Below are positions 27,563 through 36,870 of a stretch of 64,000 bases of DNA, in pieces. Numbering within the stretch: position 1 is the stretch's first letter; each line of letters begins with the position of its first letter. Below the pieces are notes generated by a model. The model was not told where the DNA came from and ran no database searches. It saw nothing but the letters and a program-made list of their open reading frames with translations. This DNA is from an uncultured Pseudomonadales bacterium (GTDB lineage Bacteria > Patescibacteriota > Microgenomatia > UBA1400 > MFAQ01), in NCBI GenBank assembly GCA_964429015.1, contig CAYSAM010000003.1, forward strand, positions 6,378-70,377. The letters are read 5' to 3'. Position numbers and translations under genes: made by a program.

Positions 27563-27859
27563 ATGCCCATTCACCACTCACTTCACAAAATAAAAAAGAC
27601 CCATACCGACTATCTAGATTCCACCATGTCCGTCGTTGCTTTTATCAGTCCATTTGCAGTTACCCCTCAAATTCTCCAAATCTACCAAACCAAAGACGTC
27701 CAAGGAATATCACTTGTAACTTGGATTATTTCTATTCTTTCTTCTGTAATTTGGCTTGCTTATGGCTTACACCACAAAGATAAGCCAATAATCTTTAACT
27801 CAATCTTAGGAACTCTCTTCTGTTCTATGATTACTGTAGGAATATTAATATACAGATAA
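27563..27859 (+). CDS. SemiSWEET / PQ-loop sugar transporter (likely starts at ATG 27626, 77 aa)
   Basis: ...SPFAVTPQILQIYQTKDVQGISLVTWII...WLAYGL...; three TM helices. The first 21 codons overlap the repeat element. Confidence 0.65.
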   Translation: MPIHHSLHKIKKTHTDYLDSTMSVVAFISPFAVTPQILQIYQTKDVQGISLVTWIISILSSVIWLAYGLHHKDKPIIFNSILGTLFCSMITVGILIYR

Positions 27860-27884
27860 AAATATTGATACTCATCCTATATTG

Positions 27885-27955
27885 TCGGGGTACTCGGAAT
27901 TGAACCGAGATCATGCGCACCCCATGCGCACATACTGCCGTTATACTATACCCCG
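27885..27955 (-). tRNA. tRNA-Pro (anticodon GGG)
   Basis: Minus-strand read CGGGGTA-TA-GTAT-AACGGCA-GTAT-G-TGCGC-ATGGGGT-GCGCA-TGAT-CTCGG-TTCAATT-CCGAG-TACCCCG-A: 7-bp acceptor, TTCAATT T-loop, U33, G37. CCA is not encoded. Confidence 0.8.
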
Positions 27956-28123
27956 TAGCTAACAGAGTTATTTTATCACGCATATAGAAACCTAACTTAA
28001 TATTTTAATTTGACATGGGTACTTGCAAAAATAACCCGAAAGGATTAAATTGATTCTTGTAGGGGATGACTCCCACGTCAACCCAAAAAATAAACAATAA
28101 AAATAAAAATTAACCAAAACAAA

Positions 28124-29182
28124 ATGGCCAAAAAATCAAAAAATGAAGAAGCAAAAGGTGTCCAAACTCACGTCGACAATAGCGCTCGTCTTACCGCAGT
28201 AAAAATCGCCATGCAACAAATCACCAAACAATTTGGTGAAGGCGCCATCATGCACATGGACTCCGACAAAATCAACGACAAAATCCCCGTAATCTCTACT
28301 GGCTCCATAAGTTTAGATTTAGCTCTTGGTGTTGGTGGTTTCCCCAAAGGTCGCATTATCGAAGTCTACGGTCCAGAGGCTTCAGGTAAGACCACGGTTG
28401 CTCTCCACGTTGTTGCCGAAGCTCAAAAGCTTGGAGGTATCGCTGCCTTTATCGATGCAGAGCATGCTTTAGATCCAAGCCGTGCCAAATCTATTGGTAT
28501 AAATTTAGAAGAACTCTTACTCTCCCAGCCAGACAATGGCGAACAGGCACTAGAGATTGCTGAAACTTTAATTCGTTCTGGCGGAGTCGATGTTGTTGTC
28601 ATTGACTCAGTTGCCGCCCTAGTTCCCAAAGCTGAAATCGAAGGGGAAATGGGGGATGCTGCCATGGGTATGCAAGCGCGTCTTATGAGTCAGGCACTAA
28701 GAAAAATAACCGGTGCCATTTCCAAAAGTAAATGTATTGTTATTTTTACTAATCAACTAAGAGACAAAATTGGTGTCATGTTCGGTAATCCCGAGGTCAC
28801 TACTGGTGGTAAAGCGCTAAAATTCTATGCCTCCATCCGTATCGACATGCGTAAAATTGGCAACATCCAAGAGGGAGACGAAATTATTGGTTCACGTCAT
28901 CGCGCTAAAATAGTCAAAAACAAAGTTGCTTCCCCTTTCAAATTAGCCGAGTTCGATGTTCTCAATGTTGGTGGCATTAGTAAGTTAGGAGATCTTCTAG
29001 ACACCGCCATTGCCTACGGCGTCGTCGAAAAAGCCGGCTCCTTTATTAAATACGATGGCCAAACTCTGGCGCAAGGACGCGATGCCGCCAAAGCAGTTTT
29101 GTCTGGTCAGCCAGAAACTGTTGAGAAAATCAAAGAGCAAGTAATGGAAAAGGTCAATGCCGGAGTACAACCAGAAAAATAG
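28124..29182 (+). CDS. recA: recombinase RecA
   Basis: ...[27 protein letters not shown]...FIDAEHALD... Confidence 0.96.
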   Translation: MAKKSKNEEAKGVQTHVDNSARLTAVKIAMQQITKQFGEGAIMHMDSDKINDKIPVISTGSISLDLALGVGGFPKGRIIEVYGPEASGKTTVALHVVAEAQKLGGIAAFIDAEHALDPSRAKSIGINLEELLLSQPDNGEQALEIAETLIRSGGVDVVVIDSVAALVPKAEIEGEMGDAAMGMQARLMSQALRKITGAISKSKCIVIFTNQLRDKIGVMFGNPEVTTGGKALKFYASIRIDMRKIGNIQEGDEIIGSRHRAKIVKNKVASPFKLAEFDVLNVGGISKLGDLLDTAIAYGVVEKAGSFIKYDGQTLAQGRDAAKAVLSGQPETVEKIKEQVMEKVNAGVQPEK

Positions 29183-29591
29183 TGATATTCGGGCGGTACT
29201 TGTAAAGTATGCCGCCAACATTCTTAGTCGACGCCCATATTTTTATGGCCAAATTAAAAAAAAGCTAGAGGTGCGTTCTCAAAAATTAGGTTTCGAAGGT
29301 GTCAATGGTGTCATCGAAGGTATCCTCAAAGACTTACAGGGTAGTGGCTATTTAGATGACTCTTATCTAGCAGAAAGCTTTGTTAGGCGTTGTCTTGGTA
29401 AAGGTCAGGGTCCAAAAATAATTAAATACAAGTTAGGTCAACTAGGGCTTAGCGTAGCTGCGATAACCAGCGCCTTATCTACTCCAGAGAACCATGACCT
29501 TCTAGAGCAAGCCAAAGCCAAAATAGCCTCAAAATACTCTTCCTCCGATCCATACATTGTCAAAGCTAAGCTTTACCAGCGTGGTTTTTAG
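29157..29591 (+). CDS. recX: RecX-like regulatory protein
   Basis: ...[33 protein letters not shown]...; overlaps the recA 3' end by 26 nt. Confidence 0.6.
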   Translation: MPEYNQKNSDIRAVLVKYAANILSRRPYFYGQIKKKLEVRSQKLGFEGVNGVIEGILKDLQGSGYLDDSYLAESFVRRCLGKGQGPKIIKYKLGQLGLSVAAITSALSTPENHDLLEQAKAKIASKYSSSDPYIVKAKLYQRGF

Positions 29592-29738
29592 TGTAAAATA
29601 CATCTACTAGTCACACGATTTTATCTTTACGCAATGAAAACTCTACTCCCCAAAAACTCCTCACTCCAAACATTTCTGTTGGAGATTTTTCGCGCACAAT
29701 AAAGTCCAAAGACTAGGTTAATATTTATCGCAAAACCT

Positions 29739-31325
29739 ATGTCACTTTTATCTATTTTTAAGTCTGGAATTTTCAAAAAATCAAAAGATTCTGTTGCAAA
29801 TGTTGAAACTGTAAAGTCATCTCCTGTTGTAATTAAGTCAGAGGTCGCCTCTATCGCACCAAAAACGTCTACGATCAACGATCTACAAACTACAAACTCT
29901 GTCGACACCACCGCAATCATTGCCCAAGCTACCGCTACGGCTCATGCTCAAGCCAGAGAAATTATTATTTCCGCCAAAGATGAAGCCTTCAAAGTCAAAG
30001 ATCAAGCTATAAAAGATGCTAGGTTGCAGCTCGAAGATATCGAAGTAAAAGTAAAGTCGCTAAACCAAAAACAGCAAGCTTTAGTCCAAGAAGAAAATAA
30101 TCTTAAAAAAGACAGACAGCAACTAGAGGTAACCCAAAAGCAAATCGAAGAAATAAAAGCCAAACTTCAAGACCATGCTGATCAAATGGTCAAAAAACTA
30201 GAAAAAGTTGCATCCCTAACCACCGAACAAGCCAAAAAAGAACTTCTCGCTCAAGTTGAAAAACGCTCTTCCATGGAGATTGCCAGAGCAATCAAAGAAA
30301 CAGAAGAAGTCGCCAGAGCCCAAGCCCAAGATAAGGCCAGAGAAATTCTCGTCGACTCTATGAGGTCAGGGGCTACTGATTATGTTGCAGAGTACACAAT
30401 TTCTACAGTCCCAATTCCAGACGAAGAAACCAAAGGTAGAATAATTGGTAAAGATGGTAGAAACATTAGAATCTTCGAAAAAGTTTCTGGTTGCGACGTA
30501 TCCATGGATGATTCACCAGACGAAGTAAAACTCAGTAGTTTTGATCCGGTCAGAAGAGAAATTGCCCGCCAAACCTTAATTCATTTAATTAAAGATGGTC
30601 GTATTCATCCTGCTCGTATCGAAGAATACTTCGAAAGATCAAAGAGAGATGTTGAGCAGATCATGTTTCAAGAAGGACAAAAGCTTTGTCACGCTGTTGG
30701 CGTCTACAATATGCACCGTGACATTGTTGCCATGTTAGGACGATTCAAGTTCCGCACCTCATACGGCCAAAACATGATCAGTCACACACTGGAGGAAACC
30801 AGAATCGGTATCAAAATTGCTAGTGAAATTGGCGCCAATGTCGACATTGTTCGTATGGGCTGCTTGCTTCACGATATAGGTAAAATTATCGAAGGTGAAG
30901 GTAATCACATCGAACTAGGTGTTAATTATCTTAAAAAATACAATCTTCCCCAGCCCATCATTGACTGTGTAGCTCAACACCACGAAGATGAAGAATTTAG
31001 TTCTATAGAATCAGTCTTGGTTTATATTTCTGATGCTATCTCTGGTTCTCGCCCCGGTGCTCGCCACGAAAATACCGAAGACTATGCTAAGAGAATAAAA
31101 CAACTAGAAGAAGTAGCTCGCAAACACCCAGAAGTCGAAGATGCTTACGCCATTTCCGCTGGTCGCGAAATTAGAGTCATCGTCAATCCTCACAAGGCAG
31201 GCGATGCTCAGCTAGTCATCTTGGCTCAAGCCATAAGAGACGAAATCAGAGACACTATGACCTTCCCTGGCACCGTCAAAGTAAACGTCATTCGCGAAAC
31301 CCGCGCCTCCGAAATCGCCAGTTAA
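29739..31325 (+). CDS. rny: ribonuclease Y (KH plus HD domains)
   Basis: KH: IIGKDGRNIRIFEKVSGCDV. HD: ...ISHTLEETRIGIKIASEIGANVDIVRMGCLLHDIGK. C-terminus ...VNVIRETRASEIAS, like B. subtilis ...VIRETRAVEYAK. Confidence 0.9.
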   Translation: MSLLSIFKSGIFKKSKDSVANVETVKSSPVVIKSEVASIAPKTSTINDLQTTNSVDTTAIIAQATATAHAQAREIIISAKDEAFKVKDQAIKDARLQLEDIEVKVKSLNQKQQALVQEENNLKKDRQQLEVTQKQIEEIKAKLQDHADQMVKKLEKVASLTTEQAKKELLAQVEKRSSMEIARAIKETEEVARAQAQDKAREILVDSMRSGATDYVAEYTISTVPIPDEETKGRIIGKDGRNIRIFEKVSGCDVSMDDSPDEVKLSSFDPVRREIARQTLIHLIKDGRIHPARIEEYFERSKRDVEQIMFQEGQKLCHAVGVYNMHRDIVAMLGRFKFRTSYGQNMISHTLEETRIGIKIASEIGANVDIVRMGCLLHDIGKIIEGEGNHIELGVNYLKKYNLPQPIIDCVAQHHEDEEFSSIESVLVYISDAISGSRPGARHENTEDYAKRIKQLEEVARKHPEVEDAYAISAGREIRVIVNPHKAGDAQLVILAQAIRDEIRDTMTFPGTVKVNVIRETRASEIAS

Positions 31326-31340
31326 TATTTAACTAAAAAA

Positions 31341-32279
31341 ATGACTATAATCACCGGTTGTGAAGGTCCAGATCTAGATGGTGTTGCCTGCATGATTGCC
31401 TATTCTGAGTTGTTAAATGCAAAGGGTATTCAGTCCAAGGCCAAATACTTTGGCAAACTCGATTTGGAAACCAATTTTGTCACCAAGTTCACTAATTATT
31501 TTCCGTTAGACGAAGGATCGTATCTACATGACGCCGACTATGTTCTAGTCGATACTGCAAATCCAGACATAATTGATAAAAATATACCAATCGATCGGGT
31601 AATTTCAGTTTTCGATCATCGTCAACTTGTATTTACCAATAAATTCACCAATGCAGAATTACATATCGAACTGGTTGGTTCCTGCGCCACCTTAATTACC
31701 GAAGAGTTCCAAAAGGCAAAAGTAACCCCAAGCATTAACTCGGCGACTTACCTGTATTCTGCAATTGTTTTTAGTACTATAAACTTCAAAAATACGGTCA
31801 CAACAGATAGAGATATCAAAGCAGCCGAATGGCTACTGTCTATTGCAAATACAAGCGAAAGCTTTGTTCGCGATTTATTTTCAGCAAAATCTCAAATATC
31901 TCCATCCAATCTTTATGAAATATTGTCACAGGATTTTTCCATAAAAACTCTATCAGATCACAAAATCGGTATTGCTCAAATTGAAATGGTCAACATCAAT
32001 CGTTTCTTGTCCGACCTCAAACAACCTCTTAAAGAGGCACTCTCCAAACTAAAAACAGACAACAACTTGGAATATATCTTTTTCAATGGTATTGATGTCA
32101 TTGACGGCTACAGTCTGTTCATAGTTATCGATTCGGCTTCGGCAGACATCTTCTCTTCGATACTCGGAATTTCCAGGTTCGAATACTCACATCAACATCC
32201 CTCCATCATCATGCGCAAACAAATCTGGCCAAAAGTTGAAGAACATCTAAAAACCCGCGCCTCCGAAATCGCCTCATAA
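31341..32279 (+). CDS. DHH-family phosphoesterase-like protein (degenerate, NrnA-like N-terminal domain) whose last 8 codons duplicate the rny 3' end
   Basis: MTIITGCEGPDLDGVACMIAY...LVDTANPD...VISVFDHRQ (DHH motifs); C-terminus ...KTRASEIAS identical to the rny tail. Confidence 0.55.
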   Translation: MTIITGCEGPDLDGVACMIAYSELLNAKGIQSKAKYFGKLDLETNFVTKFTNYFPLDEGSYLHDADYVLVDTANPDIIDKNIPIDRVISVFDHRQLVFTNKFTNAELHIELVGSCATLITEEFQKAKVTPSINSATYLYSAIVFSTINFKNTVTTDRDIKAAEWLLSIANTSESFVRDLFSAKSQISPSNLYEILSQDFSIKTLSDHKIGIAQIEMVNINRFLSDLKQPLKEALSKLKTDNNLEYIFFNGIDVIDGYSLFIVIDSASADIFSSILGISRFEYSHQHPSIIMRKQIWPKVEEHLKTRASEIAS

Positions 32280-32291
32280 AAATGCATTGTT

Positions 32292-32350
32292 GGGGCGAGG
32301 TTCCTCTCGCCCCCGTCATTGCGAGTCACGGCTTCAGGTCGGCCACGGTG
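32292..32350. repeat. perfect 8-bp hairpin GGGGCGAG-GTTCCT-CTCGCCCC followed by a family-1 GTCATTGCGAG element
   Basis: ggggcgaggttcctctcgcccccgtcattgcgagtcacggcttcaggtcggccacggtg. Confidence 0.7.
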
Positions 32351-32487
32351 CTTCTCAGTAGGTTTCTGCCTTTAGCCCCTGACCTAGATCCGTGGTAAAT
32401 GTCGAAATTAGTTTTTGTCGAAGACAAAATAACTTTCGACCAATCTATACAAACTACACTAAGTGAAAATAGTACTTAGTCAAAAAT

Positions 32488-32967
32488 TTATTTTACTAGC
32501 GCTAGTAAGGCATTTATATCCAGTTGTTTAGAATCCATCTCAATCATGCCATCTGCATTTTTCACCCAAGTTTCTTCTGGTGTATCGCAGTACAGTTCAA
32601 TACCAATGTTATCTGGGTCACGCAAATATATCGCCTCAGATACTCCATGGTTACTCGCTCCTTCAATCGGATATTTATTAACTACTAAACTTTTTAATAC
32701 TTTGGCAAGTTCCAGTCTGCTTGGCAGTAAAATCGCAAAGTGATAAAGTCCTGCAAACCCCTGTGGTTGTGGTGGTATTCCCTCACCTTGCCACACATTC
32801 AAACCGATATGATGGTGATAACCACCAGCAGATAAAAATACTGCCGACTTTCCATATTTATTTGTCACTTCAAAGCCCAAAATATCTCTATAAAACTGAA
32901 GTGACTTTTCCAGGTTAGAAACAGTTAGGTGGACATGACCTATTTTTGTTTTCGGACTTATTATCAT
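32488..32967 (-). CDS. VOC-family (glyoxalase/bleomycin-resistance/extradiol dioxygenase fold) protein
   Basis: ...IGHVHLTVSNLEKSLQFYRDILGFEV...; 159 aa. Confidence 0.8.
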   Translation of the reverse strand: MIISPKTKIGHVHLTVSNLEKSLQFYRDILGFEVTNKYGKSAVFLSAGGYHHHIGLNVWQGEGIPPQPQGFAGLYHFAILLPSRLELAKVLKSLVVNKYPIEGASNHGVSEAIYLRDPDNIGIELYCDTPEETWVKNADGMIEMDSKQLDINALLALVK

Positions 32968-33069
32968 AATTTATTCTACGTTAGTCTAGTGTTCTTGAGT
33001 TTTTTACTTATAAGTGCTATTATCAACGCACATTATCATTGATACTGCCCAATAAATTAATAAAAAAAT

Positions 33070-33345
33070 ATGACAAAACAAACCCTTATCGGAATTGTTT
33101 CCAAAAAAGTTCACCTCACCAAAAAAGCTGTCAAAGAAACAGTCGATGTTTTTTTCGATGAATCTATAAAAGCACTTACCAAAGGTGAAAAGGTTGTAGT
33201 GTCTGGCTTTGGTACCTTTTATGTCAGCAAGGTAAACGATAAGCAAGTTGTTCCTTTTGGCAACGAATCCAAACGTCAAGTAGTCAAAGGTCACAAAGTC
33301 GTCAACTTCCACGTTGGCAAACCTCTCAAGAAAAAAGTTTCTTAA
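33070..33345 (+). CDS. hup: HU-family DNA-binding protein
   Basis: ...KGEKVVVSGFGTFYVSK...; 91 aa. Confidence 0.88.
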   Translation: MTKQTLIGIVSKKVHLTKKAVKETVDVFFDESIKALTKGEKVVVSGFGTFYVSKVNDKQVVPFGNESKRQVVKGHKVVNFHVGKPLKKKVS

Positions 33346-34496
33346 TGCCTTTAGTTTTTATCAAAACATTTGGCTGTCAAGCCAACAAATCAGACTCCGA
33401 AAGGGTTCTTGGAGACTATCTTGCTAGAGGTTTTCAGGAAACAGAAAATTGGAGAGAAGCGGAGGAAATTGTTATCAATACTTGTTCCGTAAGGCAATCC
33501 GCGGAGGATAGAGTTACAGGCTTTTTATTAAATGTCGAAAAATATTTTCAAGATCAAGGTTCAACTCGGCCAAAAATAATTCTTACTGGCTGCATGTTAC
33601 ATATCAAAGAGCAGGAGATAAAAACTCTCCTACCTCAGGTCGACGAAGTTCTTCCTATAGGTGAAGTGGGTTTCAATCAAAAAGCTATAAGAAAAGATAA
33701 GCATCACGCTTGGATCCCAATCTCTAGTGGCTGCAACAGCTTTTGTACTTTTTGTATTGTTCCCTTTTCTCGCGGCCGCGAAAAATCTCGTTCTCTAGAA
33801 AGTATTCTGGAGGAGGTAACCAATTTAGCCAGTGAGGGCTATAAACAAATCACCCTCCTAGGTCAAAACGTCAATTCCTGGGGACTAGAAAAAATTGGTA
33901 TTTCTCTTCGTAAAATTTTCATGGAACAAGGAAACGTAACCGTAGATCAACTACCAAGCAATGCCTCCCAGTATCAAAGACCAGAGGGTATTCCTCCTTT
34001 TGTTCACTTACTCCAAGAAATAAGTAAAATTAACGGTATCGAAAAAATATCATTTTTTACCAGTAATCCATGGGATTTTTGGGATGAGCTAATAGAAGAA
34101 ATAAAAAACAATCCCAAAATTGATCGCTTTATTCACTTGCCAGTTCAATCTGGCAGCAACCGCATTCTAAAACAAATGAATAGGGGATACACTCGCGAGT
34201 CTTACCTTAGTATCGTTAACAAAATAAAAAAAGAAATTCCCGAAGCTGTGTTAGGTACAGATATTATTGTAGGTTTCCCAGGAGAAACAGAAGAGGATTT
34301 TCAAGACACTGTAAATTTAGTAAAAGAAGTTGGCTACAAGGTAGCCTTTGTGGCACGCTATTCTCCTCGTCCAGGTACCGCCTCCCAACGGCTATTTCTA
34401 GATGATATACCTGCCGCCGAGAAAAAAAGGCGTTGGGAAATTCTCGATAAAATAGCCAACAAAGACACACTAAGAGAACGCCCTCATATTGCATAA
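33345..34496 (+). CDS. miaB: tRNA methylthiotransferase (MiaB/RimO-family radical-SAM MTTase)
   Basis: N-terminal FGCQAN; radical-SAM CNSFCTFC; upstream of miaA. Confidence 0.8.
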   Translation: MPLVFIKTFGCQANKSDSERVLGDYLARGFQETENWREAEEIVINTCSVRQSAEDRVTGFLLNVEKYFQDQGSTRPKIILTGCMLHIKEQEIKTLLPQVDEVLPIGEVGFNQKAIRKDKHHAWIPISSGCNSFCTFCIVPFSRGREKSRSLESILEEVTNLASEGYKQITLLGQNVNSWGLEKIGISLRKIFMEQGNVTVDQLPSNASQYQRPEGIPPFVHLLQEISKINGIEKISFFTSNPWDFWDELIEEIKNNPKIDRFIHLPVQSGSNRILKQMNRGYTRESYLSIVNKIKKEIPEAVLGTDIIVGFPGETEEDFQDTVNLVKEVGYKVAFVARYSPRPGTASQRLFLDDIPAAEKKRRWEILDKIANKDTLRERPHIA

Positions 34497-34498
34497 AC

Positions 34499-35413
34499 AT
34501 GTCTTTATCCACTTCACGTCATTGCGAGTCACAAAGTGCCGAAGCAATCCACAAACAACCCACCCTCATCGTCTGCGGCACCACTTCCTCCGGCAAATCT
34601 GCCTACACATTCAAGTTAGCCAAAGAGTACAAAAAAGAAGTAAACATTCTCTCCGTCGATTCTCGTCAGTTTTATAAGGACATTCCCATAGTTTCAGGAC
34701 AAGACGACCTTTCAGAGTTACCATCAAACGTCACTCTTTTTGGTCAGGGTTTTTTAGAAGCAGATCAGGTTTCTAATATTAGCGATTTTCAAAAATACGC
34801 CAATCAAATTATCATCAAAACACAAAGTGAAAACAAAAAATTAATTATTGTTGGTGGCTCTGGACTTTATCTCAAAGCTATTACCGAAAACTTAGGTAAT
34901 GCCAAAGTCCCCCCAGACGCAATCTTTAGAAAGGAAGCTGAAAGTTACTCCGTATCTACTCTCCAAAATATTTTAAAAAGTTTGAACATTTCACTCTTTA
35001 ATTCATTAAATAACTCAGATATAAACAATCCTCGTCGCCTCATTCGCCATATCGAAATTTCCCAATCACCAAAAATGTCTCAAAAATCTACCATCTACCA
35101 TCTACCATCTACGACCTATTCCTGGCTCGGTCTCCGCAAATCCCCCGAAGCTCTTCTTCAATCTATCAAAGAACGCGTCGTCTTGCGTCTCAAAAATGGT
35201 GCTATAGAAGAAGTAGAGACTCTACAAAAAAAATATCCAAATCAATCTTTACCGATTTACAGCACTTTGGGTGTAAGCCAAATACAAAAATATCTTTGCC
35301 AAGAAATTACCAAAGAAGAACTAATCAAAAAATGGACAATCGATGATAATAACTATGCCAAACGCCAAATGGTCTGGTTCAAAAAACAACCTCAGATTGT
35401 TTGGTATGATTAA
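34499..35413 (+). CDS. miaA: tRNA dimethylallyltransferase
   Basis: ...TLIVCGTTSSGKSAYTFKLAKEY...ILSVDSRQFYKDIPIVSG.... The first ~18 codons are the translation of a family-1 repeat (34517-34550). Confidence 0.8.
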   Translation: MSLSTSRHCESQSAEAIHKQPTLIVCGTTSSGKSAYTFKLAKEYKKEVNILSVDSRQFYKDIPIVSGQDDLSELPSNVTLFGQGFLEADQVSNISDFQKYANQIIIKTQSENKKLIIVGGSGLYLKAITENLGNAKVPPDAIFRKEAESYSVSTLQNILKSLNISLFNSLNNSDINNPRRLIRHIEISQSPKMSQKSTIYHLPSTTYSWLGLRKSPEALLQSIKERVVLRLKNGAIEEVETLQKKYPNQSLPIYSTLGVSQIQKYLCQEITKEELIKKWTIDDNNYAKRQMVWFKKQPQIVWYD

Positions 35414-35418
35414 GCTAT

Positions 35419-36414
35419 ATGAAAAGCTCTAGGCGACTAAGTATCGATATCTCCATAAGCAGTATTTTTTGGATTCTACTAACATGCGGTGGAATATATT
35501 TATTGTTTGTACTTTCCAATCTCTTAGTTTTAGTTATTACCTCTCTTATTATTGCTCTTTCTGTAAATCCCTTAGTTGATTTGCTCGAAAAATACAAAAT
35601 CAACCGCAGTCTTTCCTCAGCCCTAATACTGTTTTTACTTTTTTTAGTTCTAATCCTCTTTGGTATTTCTGTCGCCACTCCACTTATCGATCAAACTGAA
35701 GTGTTCTTAGAAAAACTGCCTTCAATTATAGAAACAGTTAGTCCCATCAAAATTGACATGAATTCTTTTAATACCCAGTTGGCTAAAATTCCAGGTCAAG
35801 TATTTAATATTGCTATAGGAACTTTTTCTGGCCTATTTACTGCCTTTACTACTATTATTTTAAGTTTTTACATTATTCAAGAAATAAAAAAAATTCCAGG
35901 TTATATTGATTTTTGGTTTGCAGATAAGTCAAGTCTTTACAAAGATCTTTCCAATAGATTGCAAAAACAAATTAGTATGTGGGTAAGAGGACAACTATTG
36001 CTCATGCTTGTAGTTGGTGTTCTTAGTTATTTTGGTTACCTAGCTATCGGTATTCCGTACGCTTTACCTTTGGCTTTTATCGCCGGCATTCTGGAGTTGA
36101 TTCCCAACATTGGTCCAACTATTGCTGCCGTTCCTGCTATTTTTGTCGGATTTTCTATCTCAGCCGCTCATGGAGTCGCCGCCTTAATTATCTCTTTAGT
36201 TGTTCAACAACTAGAAAATAATTTTATAGTTCCCAAAATTATGGAAAAAGTAGCAGGGCTTAACCCTATTATCACCATTATCAGCATTATGGTCGGTTTA
36301 CAGCTTGGAGGCCCACTACTTGCTGTTCTATCTATTCCTTTAGTCTTATCGCTTAGAGTTATCTACACTCACGTTCGCCTCAATTCGGAAACAAAGCTTC
36401 CAGAAATCGACTAA
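35419..36414 (+). CDS. AI-2E family transporter (PerM/UPF0118)
   Basis: 8 TM; ...GILELIPNIGPTIAAVPAIFVGF... Confidence 0.8.
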   Translation: MKSSRRLSIDISISSIFWILLTCGGIYLLFVLSNLLVLVITSLIIALSVNPLVDLLEKYKINRSLSSALILFLLFLVLILFGISVATPLIDQTEVFLEKLPSIIETVSPIKIDMNSFNTQLAKIPGQVFNIAIGTFSGLFTAFTTIILSFYIIQEIKKIPGYIDFWFADKSSLYKDLSNRLQKQISMWVRGQLLLMLVVGVLSYFGYLAIGIPYALPLAFIAGILELIPNIGPTIAAVPAIFVGFSISAAHGVAALIISLVVQQLENNFIVPKIMEKVAGLNPIITIISIMVGLQLGGPLLAVLSIPLVLSLRVIYTHVRLNSETKLPEID

Positions 36415-36439
36415 AAAACCCGCCGATGGCGGGTCTTTA
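36413..36439. terminator. bidirectional terminator (AAAAAA-ACCCGCC-GATG-GGCGGGT-CTTT), shared by the AI-2E gene (+) and rnpB (-)
   Basis: A-run on one side and T-run on the other. Confidence 0.7.
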
Positions 36440-36442
36440 AGT

Positions 36443-36799
36443 GCTCCAGGTCATAGTAAGCCGGATTCTGTTTTTCAGAGGAATATCTGTCTAATGCTCG
36501 AGACTTTAGGGCTTACTTACTTTCGTAAGAAGAAAAAGGCATCAAACCCAGTTCGTCGATTGCAGCAGGGCGGGTTACCACTCCAAAATAATTACTTATT
36601 TCAGATCTCTGGCTAATGCCAAAGCGTTTCACCTTTAGTCGTCTCTGTGGCCCTATCGCGCTCACGATGGTTACCCATCGGAGGACCACGCACCTCTTAC
36701 GAAGAGCGTGGACACCTTGCCTTTTTGCTGTCCGGACTTTCCTCTCACGAATTCCGACTTTAGGTCGGAAGTTCGGAGCATTCCTCACCAGATCCTGGA
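36443..36799 (-). ncRNA. rnpB: RNase P RNA (bacterial type A), ~357 nt
   Basis: The minus strand contains GAGAGGAAAGTCCGGACAGC (P4 5' strand), AAAGGTGAAACG and ACAGAATCCGGCTTAC (P4 3' strand). P1 pairs GCTCCAGG (5') with CCTGGAGC (3'). The ORF-track ORFs 36513..36842(-) and the N-terminal 36616..36870 of the (+) ORF are artefacts of this RNA. Confidence 0.85.
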
Positions 36800-36870
36800 G
36801 CAATCTAATTCTACCACAAACCCATAGTATTAAATACATCAAATTTTTTAAAAGAGTCTATAATAAAAGC

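Noticed and set aside
27348-27783. ORFs 27348..27563 (+), 27469..27783 (+) and 27303..27581 (-).
   Set aside because: They span the repeat element and the SemiSWEET start. They have no SD and give repeat-derived peptides.
27960-28123. LexA/SOS box or strong promoter upstream of recA.
   Set aside because: No CTGT-N8-ACAG or GAAC-N4-GTTC motif is present. Only a TTGACA -35 with a poor -10 is visible, which is too weak to call.
29627-29920. Minus-strand ORF 29627..29920 overlapping the rny start.
   Set aside because: It is antisense to the rny 5' region and intergenic promoter. It has no SD, is AT-rich, and is a spurious frame.
32292-32400. Possible SRP (4.5S) RNA in the GC-rich palindromic stretch between the DHH-like and VOC genes.
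   Set aside because: The conserved domain IV motif GGAAGCAGCC and the asymmetric loop are not found on either strand. The stretch is better explained as a hairpin plus family-1 repeat.
36513-36870. ORFs 36513..36842 (-) and the 5' part of 36616..37533 (+).
   Set aside because: They overlap the RNase P RNA gene. The GC-rich structured-RNA sequence produces spurious open frames. The real CDS starts at 36871.
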